Of a stretch of DNA of 35,737 nt, positions 1 to 6,191 are shown piece by piece. The stretch is from a virus: the IMG/VR virus record IMGVR_UViG_3300042564_004142; one strand, 5' to 3'. The first letter of the stretch is position 1. Each line of letters starts with the position of its first letter. The position numbers and the translations under genes are program-made. The notes beneath the pieces were generated by a model, which worked only from the letters and a program-made list of their open reading frames with translations, was not told where the DNA came from and ran no database searches.

Positions 1-32
1 CGTCATTGTCATCGGTCACTTCGAGAGATAAA
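1..32. repeat. Left copy of the 32-nt terminal direct repeat (circular-assembly overlap)
   Basis: cgtcattgtcatcggtcacttcgagagataaa is identical to 35706..35737. Confidence 0.95.
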
Positions 33-124
33 TACACCTCGTCTGTCGGCCTTAGTTCACCTTGCGCAATTGCTTTTTGAGCTTTGTCTGCGATTTCGAT
101 GAGGTGTCTAACTGTAAATATCAT
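1..124 (-). CDS. Hypothetical protein, N-terminal part of an 86-aa ORF that wraps around the contig junction
   Basis: ATG at 124..122; hand translation MIFTVRHLIEIADKAQKAIAQGELRPTDEVYLSLEVTDDND has no stop before position 1. It continues in frame at 35705 once the duplicate is removed. The start overlaps the upstream stop (ATGA). Confidence 0.6.
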   Translation of the reverse strand, partial: MIFTVRHLIEIADKAQKAIAQGELRPTDEVYLSLEVTDDND

Positions 125-246
125 TTTTCACCCCTTGCTTTTTCAATAGCGGCGCGGTTTTCAACCTCTCGCATGGCGTCAAATGCGCGGCCTGCGGCCA
201 ATGCAACGCCTGCCACATCATCGCGCCCGGCACACAAGTCTTTCAT
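121..246 (-). CDS. Small hypothetical protein (41 aa)
   Basis: Hand-translated MKDLCAGRDDVAGVALAAGRAFDAMREVENRAAIEKARGEK. Below the ORF-track length cut-off. Its stop overlaps the next start (ATGA). Confidence 0.35.
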   Translation of the reverse strand: MKDLCAGRDDVAGVALAAGRAFDAMREVENRAAIEKARGEK

Positions 247-454
247 TTTTCGCGCCCAAAAAAATTAAAAACATTGAGCATGTAAAAAATGTCCACCATC
301 CACCGCCCTCAGAGTAGCTGTACCACATGCACAACAAGAGAAATGAAAAGGTAATAATGTCAGAGCACACGCTTTCCCATAAAGATTCTGAGTGCACTAT
401 TGCTTGAATTTCTTTCATCGGTAAATCCTTTTTTAGTGTCATTTCATCGGCCAT
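218..454 (-). CDS. Small membrane protein with two predicted TM helices (78 aa)
   Basis: GGGAG Shine-Dalgarno 8 nt upstream of the ATG. Hydrophobic segments IITFSFLLLCMWYSY and WWTFFTCSMFLIFLGA. AT-rich DNA. Confidence 0.6.
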   Translation of the reverse strand: MADEMTLKKDLPMKEIQAIVHSESLWESVCSDIITFSFLLLCMWYSYSEGGGWWTFFTCSMFLIFLGAKNERLVCRAR

Positions 455-518
455 CTTTTTTTCTCCCGCGCTTTTCTGCGCTCGTCGCGTCTGGGTGCTT
501 TGCTCATTTCAGCCCCCG

Positions 519-971
519 TTAAAGTTTGATGCCAAGCTCGAGAGTCATGGCGCCGGTGTCAGACTTTGGGTGCTTCGGCAGTAGTCGTGCCGTCACACTA
601 AAGCGCTCACCCTGCCAGCGTGCGGCCAGGCCACCCGCGGCTACGGGCTTGCCGTCGCGCAAGCGGTAGCCATTGACTGCGCCAGCAAAAGCGCCCACGC
701 GCACCGCCTCGGTCACTCCCAGCGGTAGCCAGGTCGCTATTGCATAAGTGCTGTCTCTGTATTGAGAATTCCTGAACATTCCGGCCTGAACGTCAAGGCT
801 TTCCGTGGCCTGGTAACGAAGCCCAAGACCCCAGTTAAGTTCATTCCATTTCACGCCATTAGGCTGAGTACGCACCTGGTGATAGCTTAGTCCATGCACT
901 TGCACATGCCAGTCTTGCGCGTATGCCTGACTTGCAAGCACCAGCATGGCAGACGTTAATAATTTTTTCAT
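519..971 (-). CDS. Secreted small outer-membrane beta-barrel-like protein (moron / lysogenic-conversion candidate)
   Basis: Start at ATG 971 (MKKLLTSAMLVLASQAYA-QD signal peptide, GAAAGG SD). The track start at 986 is a TTG. About eight alternating amphipathic strands, e.g. WHVQVHGLSYH, WGLGLRYQA, FSVTARLL, MTLELGIKL. Confidence 0.6.
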   Translation of the reverse strand: MKKLLTSAMLVLASQAYAQDWHVQVHGLSYHQVRTQPNGVKWNELNWGLGLRYQATESLDVQAGMFRNSQYRDSTYAIATWLPLGVTEAVRVGAFAGAVNGYRLRDGKPVAAGGLAARWQGERFSVTARLLPKHPKSDTGAMTLELGIKL

Positions 972-995
972 GTCATAACCTTTCAAAAAAATAGG

Positions 996-1634
996 CTAGG
1001 CAGCTTCTCGGGTGTCCGACAACACCAAAGACAGCCGGTTAAAACGGTCAATAAATTTCATCACTTGCTCGTCAAAATTCAGATTCAGGGCGGTTTGCAC
1101 CGTGCCCGGCATCAGCTTGCCGATCGCGGCAAACTGTGCGGGGGTGATTTCGCTCCATACCCGGTCGCACGGCCACGAATCTTTGGTATCGAGCAGCAGG
1201 TTTTTTTCAACGCTGAGCGCAATGGCATCAATGCGTTTGAGCGTCTCGGTGCCCAGGTAAAAAGCGGCTTCGGGTACGTCGAGTGCGTCGAAAATCGTAT
1301 CGTCGAGCAGGCATTTCATGTCGTGCAGGACGCTGGCGGTGCCGGGGTGCAGCTTGTCAATGGCCTGTACCACCGGCGTGGCAATGTCGCCTATGTAGGC
1401 TTCGTGGGCGTCATGTAATAGCGCGGCCATTACCAGACCTGGGTCCTGGTGCATTACCCCGGCCAGTTCGGCGCACAAAAGCGAATGCTGCGCCACACTC
1501 CAGCACGGTCGGGTGCGTCCAATGAAACGGTTTTGAGAAGCCAGCCCGTGAGCAATGTCGTCAAGAAAAACCTGCTCGGGCTTTGGGTCGGTCAAGTTGA
1601 ATTTGCCGCCGTTTGTAGTCGTCAAAATGGTCAT
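996..1634 (-). CDS. HD-domain metal-dependent phosphohydrolase (YfbR-like fold)
   Basis: H...HD...D motif set: SVAQHSLL and LLHDAHEAYIGDI. AGGAG SD upstream. Confidence 0.7.
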   Translation of the reverse strand: MTILTTTNGGKFNLTDPKPEQVFLDDIAHGLASQNRFIGRTRPCWSVAQHSLLCAELAGVMHQDPGLVMAALLHDAHEAYIGDIATPVVQAIDKLHPGTASVLHDMKCLLDDTIFDALDVPEAAFYLGTETLKRIDAIALSVEKNLLLDTKDSWPCDRVWSEITPAQFAAIGKLMPGTVQTALNLNFDEQVMKFIDRFNRLSLVLSDTREAA

Positions 1635-1636
1635 GC

Positions 1637-1891
1637 TTAATCTCCTGCCGCGAGGGCTTTGGTGTCGGTCATGGTTTGTTCGCGCAGCAGGCGTCGTTTC
1701 ACCAGCATGCGGGCGCGTGAAAGAATGGCTTTCGAGTGGACGGGGTGCTGCATGGCTTCGTCAAAGGGCAGGCCAATGCTGCCGATGACGCGGGCGTAGG
1801 CCATGCGCAGGTCGTACTGGTCGGGGGTGCTGGCGGCGTCAGGCATCCGCCGTCTGGCGGTTGGTTTGATCTCTGAGTCGAGTGGATTCAT
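1637..1891 (-). CDS. Hypothetical protein, first gene downstream of the PL-like promoter
   Basis: Probable start at ATG 1891 (MNPLDSEIKPTARRRMPD..., GGGGG SD). The track start at 1921 is a TTG. Arg-rich N-terminus. The stop abuts the HD gene. Confidence 0.55.
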   Translation of the reverse strand: MNPLDSEIKPTARRRMPDAASTPDQYDLRMAYARVIGSIGLPFDEAMQHPVHSKAILSRARMLVKRRLLREQTMTDTKALAAGD

Positions 1892-2112
1892 GCTGCCCCC
1901 GTGGTTGCAAAAAGCGCTCAAGTTGCGCGAGATGCGGGGACAGCCTTCCGTAGATACCTGTCTGTTTGGCCTTTCTTATTGCGCTGCTGTTTGCCGCCGT
2001 TGTCGTGTCCAGGTGCGCTTGCGACTTATCCTGGGCGTGCTTCGGTTATCCGGCTGCCTGGCGCTTAACTGCTTGGCCTCACCCGCATCGCGTAAAACTG
2101 TGCGATGGGGAT

Positions 2113-2141
2113 ATTAAACATGATGTTTACAGACAAGTCAA
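2113..2141 (-). promoter_or_regulatory. PL-like early leftward sigma70 promoter, TTGACT-N17-TTTAAT
   Basis: Minus strand: -35 TTGACT (2141..2136), 17-nt spacer, -10 TTTAAT (2118..2113). 27 of 31 nt are identical to the promoter at 4216..4246. Confidence 0.6.
2116..2128. promoter_or_regulatory. Operator-like palindrome AAACA-TGA-TGTTT overlapping the PL spacer and -10
   Basis: Perfect 5-bp inverted arms with a 3-bp spacer. The same architecture occurs at 2140, 4190 and 4229. Confidence 0.55.
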
Positions 2142-2152
2142 ACAATTTGTTT
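2140..2152. promoter_or_regulatory. Operator-like palindrome AAACA-ATT-TGTTT overlapping the PL -35
   Basis: Perfect inverted arms, 24 bp centre to centre from the 2116 site. Confidence 0.55.
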
Positions 2153-2215
2153 AATTACGTTTATTTACGTAAAGTTTTTTGCTCAACTTTGGTGGTGTGA
2201 ATGAAAAAAGACAAC

Positions 2216-2755
2216 TCAAATTTTTAGCCATCGTTGAAGATTGCTCGAATCAGTCAGGTCAACCCCGCCTGGTTGAGTGCAATCCTTATTCCATATTTTG
2301 ATAAATTTTTCCTGTTGATGTTCTTGCGTGAATATTTCACCTTGGGATGTAAGAACCGCGCTGTACTGGAGTTTTGCGTTAAAGCTGTTTGTAGCTCTGT
2401 ATTTGTAGCAGGATGTTCCGTTCTTCATGACTATAAGACTTTTGATCTCAAATGACTCTGGGTCTTTCATTGCTAGTTTTAACTTTCTCGCGCCTTGTTT
2501 TGCCATTTCCTCATATTTTTCCTGTTGTGCTCTTTGAGCTTTTTGCTCTGGTGTCAGCGCAGACTCCTGCGCTTGCCTAGTTTGTTCGTTCTCGTGACTG
2601 ATAATAATTCCGGCAAAAAAAACTACCGTCACGAACCCCCAAAGCATTTTTTTAACTCGGGATGCTGGTTTTTTAACTTTTGCGCCACAATTTGGGCAAG
2701 TTTTAGCTTGGGTGCTTACATCTTTGCCGCATTCGGTGCATTGAATAAGTGACAT
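2216..2755 (-). CDS. Zinc-ribbon, single-pass membrane protein with a roughly 125-aa extracytoplasmic C-terminal domain
   Basis: N-terminal CTEC-x10-CPNC zinc ribbon, basic stretch, TM LWGFVTVVFFAGIIIS, then a soluble domain. AAGGAG SD. AT-rich DNA. Lies between the cI-linked BRCT gene and PL. Confidence 0.7.
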   Translation of the reverse strand: MSLIQCTECGKDVSTQAKTCPNCGAKVKKPASRVKKMLWGFVTVVFFAGIIISHENEQTRQAQESALTPEQKAQRAQQEKYEEMAKQGARKLKLAMKDPESFEIKSLIVMKNGTSCYKYRATNSFNAKLQYSAVLTSQGEIFTQEHQQEKFIKIWNKDCTQPGGVDLTDSSNLQRWLKI

Positions 2756-2781
2756 TTTTAACTCCTTTTATTGAATTTTGT

Positions 2782-2811
2782 AATTTAGACCACTCAATCA
2801 GACCGGGTCAA
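2782..2811 (-). promoter_or_regulatory. Possible internal sigma70 promoter, TTGACC-N18-TAAATT, for the zinc-ribbon membrane gene
   Basis: Hexamers read on the minus strand in the 86-bp gap between the two genes. Sequence match only. Confidence 0.3.
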
Positions 2812-2841
2812 CCGTTTGTATTTGCGCTGCAACATTATTTA

Positions 2842-3468
2842 TCAGGGTGCTGGGTTTTTTGATAAGGCATCAGCCCAGTCATCTTCTCTGACAATTTTAA
2901 TCTTGTGCCCTTTTTCCTTGAGCTGCATGGCTGATTGTATTTTTGTGCCGAAGCTTCCGTGCCGCCATTCCCGGCTTCCTTGGGAGCCAACAACGACGTA
3001 GTCTGTTTTTTTGGTTACCCCGGAAGATAACTCGCCGCCTCTTCTTGAAATCGCCAATTCACAATGATTTCTTGGGGCAAAAACAAACTCGCCTGTAAGA
3101 CAAAAGCGCTTACCATTGAAAACAATCAATTCTTGATCAAACACCAAATCGGTTACTAAATTTTGTTCTGGTAATTTATCTAATGTGCCGCCTACTAGTT
3201 TTTGCATTACATCAATCAAGTGTTCGCGTTCTTCATTTGACACAACGCCATCATTCAGTGATTCATGTATTTTTGTATAGATCAATTTTCCGGGCCAAAA
3301 AGATTGCATATTTTCATTATTCTCAATCCATTTTTTCAGAAAAGAAATTTCTTCATCAGTAAGGTTGCCGTCGCAAATTAGACCTTGGCTTATTCCAATT
3401 AGAGAACTAATTGATCTATGTAGATCATTTTTTTCTGCGATGGCTTTTCTTGTGAAAAAATCAGTCAT
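2842..3468 (-). CDS. TerB-like N-terminal domain plus C-terminal BRCT domain protein
   Basis: BRCT signature as in LigA: FNGKRFCLTGEF...ISRRGGELSSGVTKKTDYVVVGSQGS...KIKIVRED. N-terminus is TerB-like (GLICDGNLTDEEISFLKKWI, EEREHLIDVMQKL). Start at ATG 3468 overlaps the cI stop (TAATG). Confidence 0.75.
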   Translation of the reverse strand: MTDFFTRKAIAEKNDLHRSISSLIGISQGLICDGNLTDEEISFLKKWIENNENMQSFWPGKLIYTKIHESLNDGVVSNEEREHLIDVMQKLVGGTLDKLPEQNLVTDLVFDQELIVFNGKRFCLTGEFVFAPRNHCELAISRRGGELSSGVTKKTDYVVVGSQGSREWRHGSFGTKIQSAMQLKEKGHKIKIVREDDWADALSKNPAP

Positions 3469-4145
3469 TAAAGTTTTCTCCCATTCCATGCGTAAATAAC
3501 CCGGCCATGGATCTTAAAATCATGGTTCAACTCAAAAGCTTCATACATGTGATTGTCGCTTATGGCTTTGTAAACCCCACCAGGCAATCTTTGTAATCTT
3601 TTAATAAATAGTTCATTATCAATACTAAAAACGTAGATTGCATCTACCCTAAATTCGCACACTCCTGTGTCGACAAGCAATATATCGCCGTCTGTAAATG
3701 TTGGTGACATACTATCGCCAATACCGCTAATTATCGACAAGTTTGTATGCGACGTAATAGCTACATTTTGGGTTAGCCAAGATCTGCTGATGCTCATTAA
3801 GTCTGTCACAAACTCATGTTCTGGCGCGGCAATTCTTTTCCCCATGCCTGCCTTAACTGAAAGACGCGGGACATTTATAAAACTTTTATCATCTCTTTCT
3901 TCTGTTTCTTCTGAATTTATCGCTTCCTGCCTTACAAACATATTTCCTTCGCCTGTTTGTATCCAGTCAGGGTTACATCCCCAAATGCTATGCGATGCCA
4001 TCAGTCCGAGTAATGAAACCCCGCGTGTTTCCCAGTTTTTTAGTACTTGATGGCTAATTCCGAGCTCTAAAGCGACTTTGCTCGGTTTTTTTGTGCCCAG
4101 CTTGCGTTCTGCTACTTCGTAAAGCCTTTTTGCCGTTGGATGCAT
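3468..4145 (-). CDS. cI/LexA-type prophage repressor (XRE HTH plus S24 peptidase autocleavage domain)
   Basis: N-terminal HTH (SKVALELGISHQVLKNWE). S24 catalytic Ser in GIGDSMSPTF and Lys in LFIKRL. Divergent from the Cro-like gene. Confidence 0.9.
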   Translation of the reverse strand: MHPTAKRLYEVAERKLGTKKPSKVALELGISHQVLKNWETRGVSLLGLMASHSIWGCNPDWIQTGEGNMFVRQEAINSEETEERDDKSFINVPRLSVKAGMGKRIAAPEHEFVTDLMSISRSWLTQNVAITSHTNLSIISGIGDSMSPTFTDGDILLVDTGVCEFRVDAIYVFSIDNELFIKRLQRLPGGVYKAISDNHMYEAFELNHDFKIHGRVIYAWNGRKL

Positions 4146-4189
4146 TTTTATCTGATGTGTATATGGTTGGGCGCAAGCCTATATCAACT

Positions 4190-4202
4190 AAACAAGATGT
4201 TG
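4190..4202. promoter_or_regulatory. Operator-like site AAACA-AGA-TGTTG (9 of 10 arm positions)
   Basis: Same AAACA-N3-TGTTT format. Lies just upstream of a weak leftward TTGATA-N18-TATACA match that could be a PRM-like promoter. Confidence 0.4.
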
Positions 4203-4215
4203 TTAAACATTGGAA

Positions 4216-4244
4216 TTGACTTGTTTATAAACATAGTGTTTAAT
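4216..4244 (+). promoter_or_regulatory. PR-like early rightward promoter, TTGACT-N17-TTTAAT
   Basis: -35 at 4216..4221 and -10 at 4239..4244. The predicted +1 near 4251 coincides with the ATG of the Cro-like gene, suggesting a leaderless mRNA; no SD is present. Confidence 0.6.
4229..4241. promoter_or_regulatory. Operator-like palindrome AAACA-TAG-TGTTT overlapping the PR spacer and -10
   Basis: Perfect 5-bp arms, placed at the same position relative to the promoter as the 2116 site. Confidence 0.55.
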
Positions 4245-4250
4245 ATGTTT

Positions 4251-4475
4251 ATGCAAAGAAATTCTCACGACACCGAAATACAAGCGGACGCGCAATTGAT
4301 TAAAGAACTTGGTGGACCTGCAAAGGTTGCCGAGATGCTTAATTTTGAAAAAAAGGGAGGCGTTCAGCGTGTGAGTAATTGGACTACTCGTGGCATCCCA
4401 TATCAAATCAAAGTTAAACATAAAGAAATTTTTTTGAGTCAATTTTCTGCCCATGGCGGTGTAAGTCATGGCTGA
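4251..4475 (+). CDS. Cro-like small HTH regulator
   Basis: MQRNSHD...LIKELGGPAKVAEMLNFEKKGGVQRVSNWTTRGIP has the Cro/YdaS-type HTH pattern. The track start at 4140 runs through the promoter region and is unlikely; ATG 4245 is an alternative. Confidence 0.65.
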   Translation: MQRNSHDTEIQADAQLIKELGGPAKVAEMLNFEKKGGVQRVSNWTTRGIPYQIKVKHKEIFLSQFSAHGGVSHG

Positions 4476-4779
4476 ACTATCCCTCAGCCCTCAAGAAAAG
4501 GCACGCAAAGCCTACTCGGCGGTCTTGCAGGCTATGCAAGACCCCGGAACAGCGCGCAACCTGGCGCAAATCTTGGGCGTGAGTGAAAGCACAATAAGCC
4601 GAACAAAAACCGAAAAGCTCGAAGATGCCCTGCATTTGATCTATCAACTGGGTTTTAAGGTCGTATCGAACGACCGCGTGTGTGTGGACCGCGCTACTTA
4701 TGGTGCCGTGAGTACCATCGCGCGCAGGGCAATGGAGCGCGAAGACTTGTCGCGCGCCTTGGTATGGGACGAAGACTGA
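4468..4779 (+). CDS. CII-like transcriptional activator (HTH)
   Basis: LAQILGVSESTISRTKTEKLEDALHLIYQLGFKV parallels lambda CII VGVDKSQISRWKRDWIPKFSMLLAVLEWGV. Sits directly after cro. Confidence 0.55.
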   Translation: MAELSLSPQEKARKAYSAVLQAMQDPGTARNLAQILGVSESTISRTKTEKLEDALHLIYQLGFKVVSNDRVCVDRATYGAVSTIARRAMEREDLSRALVWDED

Positions 4780-5225
4780 TGCCCGGCAGCGCCAAACCCC
4801 GCAAGCTCTATAAGCCCCAGTCAAAGGCTGGGCACCAGCCGCTACCGCGCTCGGTCTGTACCGAGTTCGAGGGCGACCTGCGCTTCGGTCTCATGGCGCT
4901 GGAACATGCCGCCTCAGACACGGGCTGGGAACGGGTCGGCGCGGCCATGAACGTCATTGGCATGGCGCACTACCTCTACAGCAAGCACCGCCCCACCTGG
5001 GGGCAGGAACGCGCCGTTATTGATGGCGCGGTAGTAGCCATGAACGACATAGAGCAGTCAGCGCGCCAGCACGGTGCCTGGTTCATCAGCGCCGAACAGG
5101 CGCGCTGCATTTACGAGGGCATCAATGTGCTGGTTGACAGGCTGCCCTCATTCACGGCTGCGCAAATCTGCGTCGCCAACACCGAGGTACGAGAGCAACG
5201 TCACAAAGAAAGGGCGGCAGCATGA
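4779..5225 (+). CDS. Hypothetical early protein (148 aa)
   Basis: Start at ATG 4779 overlaps the upstream stop (TGATG). Its stop overlaps the next ATG (ATGA). Confidence 0.55.
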   Translation: MPGSAKPRKLYKPQSKAGHQPLPRSVCTEFEGDLRFGLMALEHAASDTGWERVGAAMNVIGMAHYLYSKHRPTWGQERAVIDGAVVAMNDIEQSARQHGAWFISAEQARCIYEGINVLVDRLPSFTAAQICVANTEVREQRHKERAAA

Positions 5226-5521
5226 ATCGTCGGGGAAGGCCGCAAGGCGAAATAGTACAGCGCATTGAGTCGCTGCTGATGCAGCAGGGGGCATTGCCGC
5301 TGCGCGAGGTGGCGGGTTCACTGCAACTGTCCATGTCGGATGCAGACAACGCGCTACGGCGCCTCAGGCAGTCGCAGCGCGTGGTAGTCGAGCGCGTGGC
5401 ACGAGTGCCCTACGCCAAGCGCCCGGTGGCGTTTTATGCCCCAGTCAGAAACCCGTTGTCGTGGCACGAAATGACCCGTGCCGCACTGTTTGGAGGCCGT
5501 GGCATGGCTAACCCGCCCTGA
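5222..5521 (+). CDS. Small winged-helix-like DNA-binding protein
   Basis: GEIVQRIESLLMQQGALPLREVAGSLQLSMSDADNALRRLRQSQRVV has a MarR/wHTH-like pattern. Confidence 0.5.
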   Translation: MNRRGRPQGEIVQRIESLLMQQGALPLREVAGSLQLSMSDADNALRRLRQSQRVVVERVARVPYAKRPVAFYAPVRNPLSWHEMTRAALFGGRGMANPP

Positions 5522-5754
5522 TCGTTTTAACGGCCTGGCGTGGTTGGTAAACGGCGGCGCGCCCGGCTTGTATCTGATACCGAAGGATTGACCCTGAAAC
5601 ATCAGCGCAGGTGGCGAAGACAGAGCCTGCGGGGTCGGCGCGTCTGTCGGGTGTTGATCTCCGAACACGGATAGCAACTGAAGGCCAACCGTGCTGAACG
5701 CGGCACGGGATGGGCTAGGTGCGTCCCAACCGACCCGGATAGAGGTGAAAGCAG

Positions 5755-5883
5755 ATGAATAAGGTCTTACTACAAGAAAGACTCTTTGAGGTAAGAACAG
5801 TGGTTGAGCAGGGGTTTTCAACCAGTGAGTATTTCTTAAATACGACTGGTGGGGTGGGGGTCTGGGGGAGGGCGCAATCATGA
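5755..5883 (+). CDS. Possible small protein (42 aa), below the ORF-track cut-off
   Basis: AGAGGTGA SD 6 nt upstream of ATG 5755. Hand translation MNKVLLQERLFEVRTVVEQGFSTSEYFLNTTGGVGVWGRAQS. Stop overlaps the next start (ATGA at 5880..5883). Confidence 0.4.
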   Translation: MNKVLLQERLFEVRTVVEQGFSTSEYFLNTTGGVGVWGRAQS

Positions 5884-6191
5884 CGACTTATCCACAAGAC
5901 ACGGTGAATAAGTGGCGCAAGGCTGACCTGATGCAGGTCTTGAGCCTGATGGGTCTGGAAGTCAAGCATGACAGCACCTATCGACCCAGAAAGAACCCGC
6001 AAAGCCAGCGCTGGCATGTGGCTGGTTCGGGTGGGGTGTACGAGCTGGTGGTCACGGGCGGGGTGTTGTGGTTTGACACCAGGGCAAGGCGCGGCGGGCG
6101 CGGCGCGGTTGATCTGGTGATGCACATAGCTGGCCTGGGCTTCGTTCAGGCGCTGCAAAGGTTAGAGGGGTTGAGTCATGGGCAAGCGTAG
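5880..6191 (+). CDS. Cysteine-less primase CHC2-zinc-finger-like domain protein
   Basis: WHVAGSGG..LWFDTRARRGGRGAVDLVMHIAGLGFVQALQRL resembles the CHC2 primase zinc-finger layout with the Cys ligands replaced. No Toprim or helicase domain. Confidence 0.35.
   Translation: MTTYPQDTVNKWRKADLMQVLSLMGLEVKHDSTYRPRKNPQSQRWHVAGSGGVYELVVTGGVLWFDTRARRGGRGAVDLVMHIAGLGFVQALQRLEGLSHGQA

Noticed and set aside
62-268. Plus-strand 68-aa ORF at the left edge.
   Set aside because: It lies opposite two translationally coupled minus-strand ORFs and has no SD. Its composition (Ala/Ser/Arg/Pro-rich) suggests a shadow frame.
1803-2154. Plus-strand ORFs 1803..2117 and 1966..2154 in the gap between PL and its first gene.
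   Set aside because: They face into the PL promoter, lack an SD, and are Cys/Arg/Leu-rich. The region is better explained as the 5' leader of the leftward operon.
4140-4250. N-terminal extension of the Cro-like ORF (track start 4140, MHFYLMCIWLG...).
   Set aside because: The extension runs through the operator/promoter region and overlaps the divergent cI start. It is hydrophobic nonsense. The HTH protein begins at 4245/4251.
5840-5876. The G-tract run, considered as a dedicated G-quadruplex regulatory element.
   Set aside because: It is kept only as a note. The tract also encodes the GGVGVWGR tail of a possible small ORF and provides the GGGAGG SD of the next gene, so a G4 role is not required to explain it.
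5354-6158. Minus-strand ORFs 5354..5881 and 5715..6158, covering the non-coding gap and the next gene.
   Set aside because: They have junk-like Pro/Ser/Arg composition, no SD, and lie on the opposite strand to the surrounding operon. The region is treated as non-coding or structured instead.
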